This document shows positions 28,530 through 38,510 of a stretch of DNA of 64,000 nucleotides, in pieces. The stretch's first letter is position 1. Every line of letters begins with the position of its first letter. This DNA comes from an uncultured delta proteobacterium. GTDB taxonomy: Bacteria > Desulfobacterota > Syntrophobacteria > BM002. The position numbers and the translations under genes are program-made. The notes beneath the pieces are model-generated. The model did no database searches, was not told where the DNA came from, and saw nothing but the letters and a program-made list of their open reading frames with translations. The stretch is taken from assembly GCA_963712115.1 (NCBI GenBank), contig CAVQGX010000038.1, positions 1 through 64,000 on the forward strand, read 5' to 3'.

Positions 28530-28900
28530 CGAAGGAAGAGCGCTAAGCGTAAGTTTCGAGGCGGATCATTGCGGATCTGGGATGTGGGATATGGCAGAGA
28601 GCATAGGGCATGGTGCATGGAGCATGGGGCCAAGGGTTGGAGGTTGGAGGAGCGCTACACTTGGGTTGGAAAGGCCAATCCAGCAGGCAGCTGGCAGCTA
28701 GCGGGCTTCGCGTCACTTGCAATCAAGGAGTCAGGAGGTCAGAATCCATAATTCAGACTGTGACTACGTTGTAAATTGGTAGTGGTGTCAGGAGGTCGGA
28801 GGTCAGAGATCAGATGTCAGAAAACAGAGAACAAGCTACCGTTTACCATTTACCGTTTACCGTTTGCCAAAATAAAAAAGCGGAGCCGAAGCTCCGCATG
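28530..28900 (+). repeat. Mosaic repeat array ending in a gcggagccgaagctccgc hairpin
   Basis: ggcatag, ggttgga, ggcagct, ggagtca, tcagagg and ttaccgt runs. Confidence 0.85.
28875..28897 (-). terminator. Terminator-like hairpin after the PilZ gene
   Basis: aaaaaagcggagc-cgaa-gctccgc; same motif at ~29800 and ~31225. Confidence 0.6.
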
Positions 28901-28927
28901 TTCCGTGAAAGACGAGTGGTGAACTCC

Positions 28928-29335
28928 TCACTCATTTCCATTGGGATCAATTATTAAGGTCTCTAAACGCTGCAACTTCTTTGAATCTATCTTTGCTTTG
29001 TCCGATCGCAGGTGATGGAGGATTTCCTTGGCTATAATCTGTCGGCTTTGGCTAGAAATTTTCAGAAAACGAACGCCCATACCACGGGGCGAAATAGCGT
29101 CGTCAGGCCCATAGATATTGGAGAAGACCACTTCAACTGTGGCTTGTATGGAAGAGTCCGAATTGGGGACGTCAATGGTCACATCGAATACTTCATGAAG
29201 CCGAAGTGGATTCGCGCATCCAATATAGGCTCCAGTTGGACTTAGGTTTAAGGTTACTCCATCTGCGGAGCATTCTTCAGTACTCATCGAGACTGGCCAC
29301 TTGATCTTGGCTCTGGCGAAATGGCGATTGTCCAT
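28928..29335 (-). CDS. PilZ domain protein
   Basis: RHFAR and NLSPTG c-di-GMP motifs; GMGVRF. Confidence 0.85.
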   Translation of the reverse strand: MDNRHFARAKIKWPVSMSTEECSADGVTLNLSPTGAYIGCANPLRLHEVFDVTIDVPNSDSSIQATVEVVFSNIYGPDDAISPRGMGVRFLKISSQSRQIIAKEILHHLRSDKAKIDSKKLQRLETLIIDPNGNE

Positions 29336-29374
29336 TTGTTATCCTCCTAAGCTATATGCTTGGATGCTCATACT

Positions 29375-29389
29375 GAAATAATCGTGCCA
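29375..29389 (-). promoter_or_regulatory. Probable sigma-54 promoter
   Basis: TGGCAC-gatta-TTTC (one mismatch in -12 box). Confidence 0.45.
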
Positions 29390-29504
29390 AATCATCTGGG
29401 CAACTAATTTTATATACCTTACAACTACTTAACTATAAATTAACAAAGAAATCCACCGAAGAATGGTGGAAAATAAATTCCACTTTTACCCAAATAAAGT
29501 AACA

Positions 29505-29825
29505 CCAAGGAGACAGAGGTCAGAGGTCGGAAGTCAGAGGTCGGAGAGTCACTAGGAACTAAGGACTAGGCACTAGGCACGGCAGGACGACGCGGGGAGA
29601 CGGTGAGACGGAGACGCGGAGATTTGGAATTGCGGATTTGGGATTTGGGAAGGCATAGGGCATGGGGCATGGAGCATAGAGTGAGAAGTCAGGAGTCAGA
29701 TATAGTAATTTCGAATTTCGAAATTTTAACTCTATGCCCTATGCCCCTTGCTCAGTTCTACTGGCTACTGGCTACTGGATTCTTTGCTTTTTGAAACAAA
29801 AAAGCAGAGCCGAAGCTCCGCAATG
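29505..29825 (+). repeat. Mosaic repeat array
   Basis: cagaggt, cactagg, gagacg, gatttgg, ggcatgg, ctatgcc and ctactgg runs. Confidence 0.85.
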
Positions 29826-29851
29826 TTTTGTCGTAAACGATGGCCCGTCCT

Positions 29852-30019
29852 TTAGCGACTTACTATAACTTCAGAATCCATCGCCTCCTCTGCAGGATAC
29901 AACCAGTTTTGCTTACACTCTCTGGTACAGAAGAAATACATTCCATCGTCGCTGAGATGAACCGTCACAGGATCTTCTCTGGTAAAAGTCTTCCTGCACG
30001 CCACGCAAGTAAGCATCAT
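29852..30019 (-). CDS. 55-aa YHS/TRASH-like metal-binding microprotein (not in ORF track)
   Basis: MMLTCVACRKTFTREDPVTVHLSDDGMYFFCTRECKQNWLYPAEEAMDSEVIVSR; agggag RBS. Confidence 0.6.
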   Translation of the reverse strand: MMLTCVACRKTFTREDPVTVHLSDDGMYFFCTRECKQNWLYPAEEAMDSEVIVSR

Positions 30020-30081
30020 TTTAGGTAACTCCCTATTTCATCGGCCTTCTACTATCTATCCACTAAGACTGTACCAAACTG

Positions 30082-30396
30082 CTAAAACTGGCCACCAGTG
30101 ACAACTGGCTCTCGCAGTCCTCTGCGTAGCCGTGTCCACCACACATTGACGGTCAAGGTACGGTATGCTTCTCCACCCTCGCACAGGCAGAACAAGATCT
30201 GGCCATGACACTGGGGGCATTGTTCTACACCGCAACCAAGATGATGAAATCCACCTGTACCGACTAGGCACTCCGGGCAATTGTGGGGCAAGAGACTGAG
30301 CTGTGTTTCGTCTCCGAAGGGAATTTGCCCTTCTATTCTTTTCATACATGAATATGCTTTTTCTTTGTCCTGCTCACAAAGATCACAGACTCTCAC
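30082..30396 (-). CDS. Small Cys-rich hypothetical protein
   Basis: CDLC, CPEC..GGFHHLGC..EQCPQCHGQILFCLC; gggag RBS. Confidence 0.65.
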   Translation of the reverse strand: MRVCDLCEQDKEKAYSCMKRIEGQIPFGDETQLSLLPHNCPECLVGTGGFHHLGCGVEQCPQCHGQILFCLCEGGEAYRTLTVNVWWTRLRRGLREPVVTGGQF

Positions 30397-30454
30397 CTTA
30401 GGGACTCCCTTTCTGTCGCCGTATTAAAAATGTGCTTGTTGAAATTTATACCCC

Positions 30455-30696
30455 TAGCCCGGATATTTCATGAGTTGCTGTCGCGAGACCACGAAGATGG
30501 CCGTGCCTGCCCGACATCGCGAGCCTGCTCGCTCAGGCGAGGCGGGCGGGCCACCTGGCAACCGTACCGCGGGATTGGTCCCAAGGCGTACCTGAACGGT
30601 ACGTCGCAGGGGCCCACACCCGAGGACTCCAGGAAGGACGGCCAGATCCGTGGTCGCAGTCACGCCAGGGCGTGAATTCATGAAATATCCGGGCTA
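30455..30696. mobile_element. MITE-like non-autonomous element with 19-bp perfect TIR
   Basis: tagcccggatatttcatga ... tcatgaaatatccgggcta; CTAG/CTAA ends; homolog at 36390-36607. Confidence 0.8.
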
Positions 30697-31004
30697 AAGT
30701 ACCGATTATCAATCGAGGCAGATTCAGTCAAATTCGATTAGACCTGAAAAACGGTTTTCACATTCCCAAGTTATGCACAAGGACTAACTCAAGGTGAGCA
30801 CAAGGAAATTTTGACTGGATCTGTGCAACATCTGGAAATAAATGTACATTTTCTTAACCTGTCATAAACTGAGAGATATTCTTACCTTAAATTTGTTATC
30901 TACATTTTGATTATTGCCGCATATCTTGGCTTTTCTTTTATTTTCTTTCTATTTCATACAAAATCAGCCCTTCAGACAAAAACAGAAAAACGGAGGCATC
31001 TCAG

Positions 31005-31255
31005 ATTTTAGATTGCGGATTTGGGATCTCGGATTGCGGATTTGGAAAGGCATAGGGCATAGGGCATAGGGCAAGGAGTCAGGAGACAGGAGTCAGAATC
31101 CAGAATTCAGTAGGGACTACTTTGAATTTGATCAGTTTTGTCATTAGTGGTTTTTACCCTATGCTCTATGCTCCATGCCCTATGCTAAGCTACTGGCTAG
31201 TGGATTCTTTGCTTTTTGAAACAAAAAAGCGGAGCCAAAGCTCCGCTTTTTTGTT
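31005..31255 (+). repeat. Mosaic repeat array ending in a bidirectional terminator-like hairpin
   Basis: gcggatt, ggcatag, ggagtca and ctatgct runs; aaaaaagcggagccaaagctccgctttttt. Confidence 0.85.
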
Positions 31256-31269
31256 TTGTCACTCATTCT

Positions 31270-31731
31270 TTATGCCGGTTCTGCTGACAACTCCGAAGTG
31301 CAGTGTCCACAACGTATGGCTTTGATGGGTATCGTCGATAGACAGTGAGGACACTCTTTGGTTGTGGGTTCCGCTGGCGGAGCCTCTTCTTGGCGCTTCA
31401 TTTTGTTGAGGCCACGAATCAGCAGAAAAACCGAAAAGGCGACAATGATAAAGCTTATGACAGTATTTGCGAACATACCGTAGTTGATTGTGACCGCACC
31501 GGCCTTCTGTGCATCTACAAGGGCAGCATAGGGTCCAGCGGTGGCGCCTTGTTTTAGAACGATGAAGAGGTTGCTGAAATCAACATTGCCCAAGAGCAAG
31601 CCAATTGGCGGCATGATGATATCGGCGACGAGTGATTTAACAATTGTACCAAAGGCCGCACCAATGATGATACCTACAGCCATGTCAACTACGTTGCCTC
31701 TCATGGCAAACTCTTTGAATTCTTTTAGCAT
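31270..31731 (-). CDS. mscL: Large-conductance mechanosensitive channel with C-terminal Zn ribbon
   Basis: [24 protein letters not shown]; CPHC...CGHC. Confidence 0.95.
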   Translation of the reverse strand: MLKEFKEFAMRGNVVDMAVGIIIGAAFGTIVKSLVADIIMPPIGLLLGNVDFSNLFIVLKQGATAGPYAALVDAQKAGAVTINYGMFANTVISFIIVAFSVFLLIRGLNKMKRQEEAPPAEPTTKECPHCLSTIPIKAIRCGHCTSELSAEPA

Positions 31732-31909
31732 CTTTTACTCCTCTTTTTTCAGATTCTTGAGATTGTCCACTGAACCTCATCTAGCCTATATTAGACTGTT
31801 AATCGCATACTCCACTAGTAAAAATTATAGCTTGTTAATGATAAGGTTGACCACACAATGTTCAATACGAAAAACCACCATTTTTTTCGGGTAGAGGAGA
31901 AAAAGGTAC

Positions 31910-32110
31910 GGATTGAGGAGAGGCACAAGGCACAGGGCGCAAGGCTCAGGGCTATTTGGGTCACTACGCTTCGCTGTCATTAGGCTGCGCCGTCATTACG
32001 CTACGCTGTCACTTGTTGTAAGAGGAACAGCGCAGAGCGCATAGTGTTTTGTTGATTAGTTGATTAGAGAATTAGTTGATTCGTTAAAGTCTTTGAAAGC
32101 GTTCACACGG
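31910..32110 (+). repeat. Mosaic repeat array
   Basis: ggcacaa, gtcatt module, agcgcat and gattagtt runs. Confidence 0.8.
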
Positions 32111-32142
32111 CGAAATAATAGGAAAGTTTCTATAACAACGAT

Positions 32143-34293
32143 TTAATTTTGCCTTCTCCTGTGAAACTCATTGTACGGCCATGATGCCAGAACAAATGTA
32201 CCCCTTCCTTTGGCTGAATTGATAACAAAAGTTCCACCCGAGAGTTCTGTTCGCTCTTTCATACTGCCAAGCCCAAATCCCCTTTCTGAACTTTCAACAG
32301 AGCGGGCCTCCTCCACATCGAAGCCGCAGCCGTTATCCTCTATGGCCAATTGGATGGTATTGTCTTTTTTCGCCAGAGAGATAGTGACCATGTTTGCCCC
32401 ACTGTGTTTTGCCACGTTATTCAAGGCCTCTTGCAGGACTCTGTAGAGTACGATTTTCAGGGGATTAGGAACGTCACTTTCTTCTGCGCTTATCTCTCTC
32501 TTGATTTCCACGGTTGAGTAGGTTGCTTGAAATTCACGGCATAACCAGGCAATGGTGGCCAAGATACCAAGGTCATCCAGGGTCGAGGGCCGCAGGTCCA
32601 TTGTTATTCTTCGAACTTCTTCAACGGTGCTTTGAATAACGGGAATGAGGTTGACCAAGTTACTGACACTCGACTCGGTAGAACCTTTGGCCAGTTGCCC
32701 GAGGGCATCTTCGACTCTAAACTTGATGGCACTCAATGATTGGCCAATACCATCATGGAGTTCTCGGGCTATCCTTCCCCTTTCCGTCTCCTGAGCTGTG
32801 AGAAGTTGGGATGAGAGAAGTCTTAGTTCCTCCCCTGATTTACGGAAAGCCTCCTCCGCCCTCTGGCGCCGAATACCCAGGGCAATCTGATCCGCCACTG
32901 ATGCCAGTGCGTTAAGGGTAAACTCACTAAACGGTTCTCCGGCGAACATCGCCATCACCCCAACTAGGCTGTCTGCAAAAACAAGAGGATAGCCTGCAAA
33001 AGCAACCATCCCCGTCCTTTTTGCCCAGTCGTGGTCAACAATGTGAGGGTCACTTAGGATGGCATTGGAGATCTGCGGTTGGCGTTCCTGGGCAATGATG
33101 CCGACCTTTGATTCCCCCATAGCCACACGGCTATAGGAGCCGTCAATACTGGTGTAAAGCCCAGCGCTGGCTTGCAACTCAAGCATTTTTTCCACTTCAT
33201 TATATGCCCAGATGCGAGCGAATGCCGCACCAAGGTGCTCAATCAATGCCTCTGTGCATGGCTGCAGGAGCGTCCTCAAAGTGTCGCCCTTGGCGAGGGC
33301 CACACCCACCTCTCCCCTCAACCCTTCTAGTCGAATCCGTTCAGCCAGTCCCTCTTCTGCCTTCTTGCGCTCCTCTATTTCCTGCTTCAGTTGTTCGTTA
33401 GCTTTCATCAGGTCGGCAGTGCGCTCTTCCACACGTCTTTCAAGCTCAAAGTGGGACTCCCTCAGTGCAGCTTCTTTTCCCCGCAATGCCTCCTCGCTTT
33501 GCTTCAAATCCCTGAAAAGCAAGTCATAAGGTTTTGTCAGACCAGTTTCGATTATGGCCTTGTAGATGAGATAGAACGATATGATCTTGCAAAAATGGCC
33601 GAACAAATTGGAAATGCCATAAACGCTGATGTAAAAGGTGAAGGCTAATTCAGCAGCAATGGTCAAAAAAATCGAGGCAACCAACAATTTCAAGACGACC
33701 TTGTCAAACTCTTCCTGTTTTCTGACCAATAGGGCTATGGAGCAAATGAGTATGAGGCAGATGATGTATTCACTACTCTTTTTAAAAGGGGTCAATCCGA
33801 CCCCTTCAACAAAACAGTCAGGAAAAATCCGCCAATGGAAGATGGATGACAGCAGCATGACAACTACAAGAAAGTAACCCATTAATACGAAGCTCGATCT
33901 CAATTTGCGGCCCAAGACTAGGGGCGCAATGAGAAGAGAAAAGCTTTCGATGTATCTAGCTGCAATCCATAACTGAGTCGGTAAATTGGCGCCATGAGCT
34001 TGAAACACGCCCATACCTTTGTAGGCCAATGTGTGGAGCAAATCGAGACCGCCCACGAACAGGTAGGCTATGCCGATAAATAGAAGGTAGTTGTTGTCTA
34101 AAAACTGCCTAGAATTCCAGGCAATCATGAAAATCCCACAGGCCACGACAATACTGAAGATCTCAGATAGGCTGTGGAAAAGAAGGTAGCTATAGAGGCT
34201 TGTGAGGTAAAGTCCTGACAAGAGCAAAACCCAGGAAAAGACAATTATAAATGGGTTTGGAATAACAACTTCTCTTTTCATAATTGTCCTCAA
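32143..34293 (-). CDS. Sensor histidine kinase (MASE3-like membrane domain, GAF, HisKA_3, HATPase)
   Basis: YLLFHS..E, DLLHTLAYKGMGVF; RIARELHDGIGQ, QEALNNVAKHS, DNGCGF, GFGL. Confidence 0.9.
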   Translation of the reverse strand: MRTIMKREVVIPNPFIIVFSWVLLLSGLYLTSLYSYLLFHSLSEIFSIVVACGIFMIAWNSRQFLDNNYLLFIGIAYLFVGGLDLLHTLAYKGMGVFQAHGANLPTQLWIAARYIESFSLLIAPLVLGRKLRSSFVLMGYFLVVVMLLSSIFHWRIFPDCFVEGVGLTPFKKSSEYIICLILICSIALLVRKQEEFDKVVLKLLVASIFLTIAAELAFTFYISVYGISNLFGHFCKIISFYLIYKAIIETGLTKPYDLLFRDLKQSEEALRGKEAALRESHFELERRVEERTADLMKANEQLKQEIEERKKAEEGLAERIRLEGLRGEVGVALAKGDTLRTLLQPCTEALIEHLGAAFARIWAYNEVEKMLELQASAGLYTSIDGSYSRVAMGESKVGIIAQERQPQISNAILSDPHIVDHDWAKRTGMVAFAGYPLVFADSLVGVMAMFAGEPFSEFTLNALASVADQIALGIRRQRAEEAFRKSGEELRLLSSQLLTAQETERGRIARELHDGIGQSLSAIKFRVEDALGQLAKGSTESSVSNLVNLIPVIQSTVEEVRRITMDLRPSTLDDLGILATIAWLCREFQATYSTVEIKREISAEESDVPNPLKIVLYRVLQEALNNVAKHSGANMVTISLAKKDNTIQLAIEDNGCGFDVEEARSVESSERGFGLGSMKERTELSGGTFVINSAKGRGTFVLASWPYNEFHRRRQN

Positions 34294-34444
34294 TTGAGCA
34301 ATTAGTCAAAGGTATTAATGTTAATCCTGTGAGGAGTAAAACCTCAGGACTGTCGCTTTGGTTTTCTTAAGGGAACTCTTGACTAAGTATCAGATTACAA
34401 CACTGTGGTCGGAGGTGCAAGGGGAACGGTTCCACCCTTAAAGG

Positions 34445-34635
34445 CAGAGAGCATGGGGCATGGAGTAAAGCGAGACGAGCGAGACGAGAGGTCGGGCGAG
34501 ACGGGGGAAGAAGAAAGAGGTCAGAGGTCAGAGGTCGGAAGGCAACTAGGCACTAGGGACTATGCACTAGGCACCACAAAGTAAGAAGTCAGGAGTCAGA
34601 ATCCAGGAGCCAGGAGTTAGGGGTTAGAGGTCGGC
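34445..34635 (+). repeat. Mosaic repeat array
   Basis: gcgagacg, tcagagg, cactagg and ggagtca runs. Confidence 0.8.
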
Positions 34636-34645
34636 AATGCATCAT

Positions 34646-35224
34646 CTACCAAGTAGGGTCGTATGGAAAAAGTCGGGGAGGATAAGGAGGATCCCCATAG
34701 GGATAATATCTTGGTCGATGGTAATAGTATTCAGGCCATAGGTGTATTTCCCGGCTCTCTATGTTCAGACACTTATTTGGACAGCGTTCATCATCTGCAA
34801 TGGTGAGGCCGACAACAATTCCAGCCACAGTAATCTTGCGGTATTTTTTGTAGACTGCAGGATCGAGATAATCTTTGTGCAAAACAATAAATCTTCCCTC
34901 TGACTTATCCTTGGATTTGGGTTCATACCGAAAACCCAAAGGTGCTTGCAAGGCCAAAATGCTCGTTTTATCAGCCAGCTTCTCTGTCTGCAAAATGTAG
35001 CCACCCACAATTACAGTCTTGCCAACATAAGAATTTGTTTCCCTCATTAGTGTTTTGAATTCTACAGGTGGTTCGGCTTCTTTCCTCACCTGGCTGGATA
35101 TGACCGAACATGAGGCGGTGAAAAGCAGCATTGTCACAAATACAGCAGTTTTCAGTTCGCGCATAATTGTAAAAGCGGGACCTCCATAGAATATTAACCA
35201 GGATAACGTTGCCGAAGTTGCCAC
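34646..35224 (-). CDS. Slp-family outer membrane lipoprotein; start probably ATG 35164
   Basis: TASC lipobox, GKTVIVGG, SEGRF, YLDPAVY, IHLWP. Confidence 0.85.
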   Translation of the reverse strand: MATSATLSWLIFYGGPAFTIMRELKTAVFVTMLLFTASCSVISSQVRKEAEPPVEFKTLMRETNSYVGKTVIVGGYILQTEKLADKTSILALQAPLGFRYEPKSKDKSEGRFIVLHKDYLDPAVYKKYRKITVAGIVVGLTIADDERCPNKCLNIESREIHLWPEYYYHRPRYYPYGDPPYPPRLFPYDPTW

Positions 35225-35249
35225 ACGAGAGTGGGATCAGTCCCTGTTA

Positions 35250-36212
35250 TCAGACCGCTTCGATGGTAGAGGGAGGCTTCGATGTTATGTTGTAGGTAAC
35301 GCTGACGATTCCAGGCACCTCGCTAACTATCTCGTGGGCGATCTTTTCAAGAATTTCAAACGAGATCAGCGTGGGTGTTGCGGTTCGCGCGTCGACGCTG
35401 TCCCAGCACCGCACCTCGATCTGCTGACCGAAATCGCGCTTGCCGTCTCGCATACCGGTGACGCGGTCTTCATGAAGAATCGCCATATACTGAAATGCAT
35501 CCGTGTCTTTGAGCAAACGCTCCACAACGATGGTAGCCTTGCGGACCGTCTCGATACGCTCTTGGGTCACCTCGCCTATCACCCGTGCCGCCAGCGCCGG
35601 CCCCGGGAACGGGATGCGCTGGAATAGCGCGGTTGGAAGCCCGAGGGCCTTGCCTATCTTTCTAACACCGTCCTTGCGAAGTTGAATGAGTGGCTCGACG
35701 ATGCGGTAGCCAAAAGCCTCCTCCGGGTCGATCCCAAGTTGCTCGAAGACATTGTGCTGCCGCTTGATCCCTGCAACGGTCTCGTCCACATCCGTTAGAA
35801 TGGTCCCCTGGAGAAGGTATTTCGCTCCACTTGCTTTGACGAGCCGGCCGAAAACGTCTCGATAGAAGGCCTGGGTAATTGCCTCGCGCTTCTCTTCGGG
35901 GTCAGTTACTTGCTTGAGAGCCGCGAAAAACTCTTTGCGCGCATCGACTACTTCGACCGTGACGCCGAGCTTTCGGAAAAAACCCACGACCTGCTCGGCC
36001 TCTCCCTCGCGCATGAGACCATTTTCAATAAACACGGTCTTAAGTTGATTACCCAAGGCTCGATGGCCGAGCATCGTTACCGTAGACGAATCAACTCCTC
36101 CCGAAAGGGCGTTGATCGCCATTCCGTTTCCAACAACGGTCTTGATCTCTTTTACCTTCTCATCTATAAAGTTATCCGTTTTAAGCTCCCGCGCCGTGAT
36201 CTCCTTAATCAT
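35250..36212 (-). CDS. GMP synthase ATP-pyrophosphatase subunit B, without glutaminase domain
   Basis: SGGVDS PP-loop, DPEEKR, LQGTI, PFPGPALA, SKPPSTIE; 320 aa. Confidence 0.9.
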   Translation of the reverse strand: MIKEITARELKTDNFIDEKVKEIKTVVGNGMAINALSGGVDSSTVTMLGHRALGNQLKTVFIENGLMREGEAEQVVGFFRKLGVTVEVVDARKEFFAALKQVTDPEEKREAITQAFYRDVFGRLVKASGAKYLLQGTILTDVDETVAGIKRQHNVFEQLGIDPEEAFGYRIVEPLIQLRKDGVRKIGKALGLPTALFQRIPFPGPALAARVIGEVTQERIETVRKATIVVERLLKDTDAFQYMAILHEDRVTGMRDGKRDFGQQIEVRCWDSVDARTATPTLISFEILEKIAHEIVSEVPGIVSVTYNITSKPPSTIEAV

Positions 36213-36389
36213 GGGACAACCTCCTTTGCATCTGTAGCCTTAGGTGACGCCTGACTATGAGTCAGGTTATTCTATCCTCAACCCGATAGCAGGCAACTTT
36301 AACCCACCACCATAAATGTCATGTGGAAAAACCTCTGAGTAGGCAATATTGGCATCTCTGGCGAGCCAATTCAACAAAAAATCATCACC

Positions 36390-36607
36390 TAGCCCGGATG
36401 TTTTATGAATTGCTGTCGCGAGACAATGAAGATGGGCGTGCCACCGGGTAACCGTCCCGCGGTACCGCGGGATTGGTTCCGAGGCGTACCTGAAAGGTAC
36501 GTCGCAGGGTGAGCTTGTCCTGAGCCTGCCGAAGGAACACCCGAGGACACCCGGAAGGACGGCCATATCTAGGGTCGCAGCAAGCGAGTCATGAAACATC
36601 CGGGCTA
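36390..36607. mobile_element. MITE-like element, second full copy
   Basis: TIR 18/19 match; internal sequence aligns with 30455-30696. Confidence 0.8.
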
Positions 36608-36760
36608 AATTTGGATTGGGTAACTCAAAAGGAAGGAACTCCTATAGGCCGGACACACTTTTTCAGGCGACCTAAAGAATAGGTTTGCCTTGCACTTGGC
36701 GCATTTGACCGGGTGGACCTCGACTCGCCTGATTTCTGCGGAAGCCCTATAGCCACTCAT
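36605..36760 (-). CDS. Possible 51-aa Zn-ribbon-like microprotein; stop codon supplied by the MITE end
   Basis: MSGYRASAEIRRVEVHPVKCAKCKANLFFRSPEKVCPAY... Confidence 0.3.
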   Translation of the reverse strand: MSGYRASAEIRRVEVHPVKCAKCKANLFFRSPEKVCPAYRSSFLLSYPIQI

Positions 36761-36797
36761 TAGTAAATGTATTTGATCTTAGGAATATCTTTCGGTT

Positions 36798-37184
36798 TCA
36801 GATGTATTGCGAAATTGTTTTTATAATAGTCTGAGCTTCACCAACAGAAGGTCTCATAAAACAAACTCTCAATTCACGGGATTTTGTTTCAGCCTCAGAG
36901 GTCCCAGTATTTGCCCAAACAACCCTGGCGATAACAGATACTAACCGACTTTCATCGTATAGCCCTTCGCTATTCAACCTGATCCAGAGTGAATAGTATT
37001 TACCAACACTAATAACCGGAAAACCATTACCAGACTTTGCCCCCTTTGGCAGTTCAATAAGTGCGCCTCCCAGACTAAGGTTTATAATCTCACCTTGTAT
37101 GAGGCCATAGGGCGTCATCAATACAAGTGGCAATTTGATGTCTACTCTTAGATGGCGGCGTTTTTCAGTTTGCATATGTAGCAT
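36798..37184 (-). CDS. PilZ domain protein
   Basis: EKRRHLR, NLSLGGA, ARVVW. Confidence 0.8.
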   Translation of the reverse strand: MLHMQTEKRRHLRVDIKLPLVLMTPYGLIQGEIINLSLGGALIELPKGAKSGNGFPVISVGKYYSLWIRLNSEGLYDESRLVSVIARVVWANTGTSEAETKSRELRVCFMRPSVGEAQTIIKTISQYI

Positions 37185-37271
37185 GTGAAGGACTATTGGT
37201 CGGTAGCGTAATTTTGTTACTTCAGTATAAGGTATTAGATTCGCAGTGGATTACTATGATGGGAAAAATAT

Positions 37272-37286
37272 GCAAGAAAAATGCCC
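37272..37286 (-). promoter_or_regulatory. Probable sigma-54 promoter
   Basis: GGGCAT-ttttc-TTGC. Confidence 0.45.
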
Positions 37287-37424
37287 CCGCTGACCAACCA
37301 AGCAGTTGAAGCCAACAGGGGCTACCCGCAAGGAGCAAAGAAGGTAACCCTTACAAATAAGCCACTTTCTTATTTTTCAACCAAGTTAAATTTAGAAGCA
37401 AACCACCGCGGAAAAAATTACAGC

Positions 37425-37598
37425 TCACCAACCTAAGACGGCACTGCCAAAAAGCTTATCCCATTTATTCAACAGCTCTTCATCCATGATAAAAGCAGCT
37501 ACCAATACAAAGAGAATTGCTATGGTAATAAGAAAAGGAAAAAGTATGTCATCCAAAGATTTTACCTTGTTCTTGTTATCTTTGGATTCTGATTTCAT
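37425..37598 (-). CDS. 57-aa single-TM membrane microprotein (not in ORF track)
   Basis: MKSESKDNKNKVKSLDDILFPFLITIAILFVLVAAFIMDEELLNKWDKLFGSAVLGW; aaggtg RBS. Confidence 0.5.
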   Translation of the reverse strand: MKSESKDNKNKVKSLDDILFPFLITIAILFVLVAAFIMDEELLNKWDKLFGSAVLGW

Positions 37599-37679
37599 GG
37601 CCACACCTTTTCTATATATTTCGTATTATTATCTCTTTTTAGATTGATAGAAGGCAAGGGAAAAAAGCCCAGGTGAGTA

Positions 37680-37990
37680 TAGCTGGCAGCTAGCGCTGCG
37701 CTGTCATTTGCCTTCGGCGTCATTAAGTCATTACGCTTCGCTGTCATTGGGCATAGAGCATAGGGCATGGGGCATAGGGTAGATTGCAGATTGTAGATTG
37801 CGGATTTCGGATTGCGGATTGGGGAAGGCATGGAGCATGGGGCATGGAGTAAAGCGAGACTGGAGGTCGGGCGAGACGGGCGAGACGGGCGAGACGGGGC
37901 AGAAGACAGAGGACAGATTGCGGATTGCGGAATTTTTAGCTGACAGCTGAGCGCTGATAGCTGACGGCTGAATAGAACCGGCTAAAACAA
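37680..37990 (+). repeat. Mosaic repeat array
   Basis: gtcatt module, ggcatag, gattgcg, ggcgagacg x3 and gctgaca runs. Confidence 0.9.
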
Positions 37991-38167
37991 GCAGCGGTTT
38001 ATGATAGCACAGTGGGACGGAAATGAGACTACAATTGAGTAAGGATTCTATTAGAAGTATAGCTAAAGAATCTTGAAGCATTCTCAAGAGGCTGTGTTAC
38101 TATGGCGTATAGACAATAATACCATCTGAAGTTCCCCTTTAGAAAAATCGGCACGGAGGTTACAGCG

Positions 38168-38401
38168 ATGAAAGAATTGGTCAAAATCATGGCGCAGGCA
38201 CTGGTGGACTATCCAGATCAGGTGGAAGTAACTGAGATCGCTGGAAGAGATACTTCAGTGATTGAATTGAAAGCAGCGAAGGAGGACATGGGCAAGATAA
38301 TCGGCAAAAAAGGGCATAATGCCCAGGCCATGCGAACTATCTTGAATGCTGCGTCGAGGAAACTCAACAAGCGTGTGGTTCTTGAGATTATTGACCGGTG
38401 A
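38168..38401 (+). CDS. khpA: KH-domain RNA-binding protein (KhpA family)
   Basis: MKELV...ALVD.PD.V, DMGKIIGKKG, RVVLEI. Confidence 0.9.
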   Translation: MKELVKIMAQALVDYPDQVEVTEIAGRDTSVIELKAAKEDMGKIIGKKGHNAQAMRTILNAASRKLNKRVVLEIIDR

Positions 38402-38510
38402 TGACGAGTACAGGCCGAATAGCGGAAAAAGGGGAAGTAGTTTAGATGGCCAAGGTGATGGGAAAGTGGCTTTGCTTTAACTTTACCTGCGACTGTAAAG
38501 AAAGTGTGCC

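Noticed and set aside
30430-30681. ORFs inside the MITE copies (also 36267-36599)
   Set aside because: No transposase motifs, and the reading frames are disrupted by inserts that differ between copies.
36213-36389. Purine or PRPP riboswitch upstream of GMP synthase B
   Set aside because: No recognisable aptamer consensus on the minus strand; only a short hairpin.
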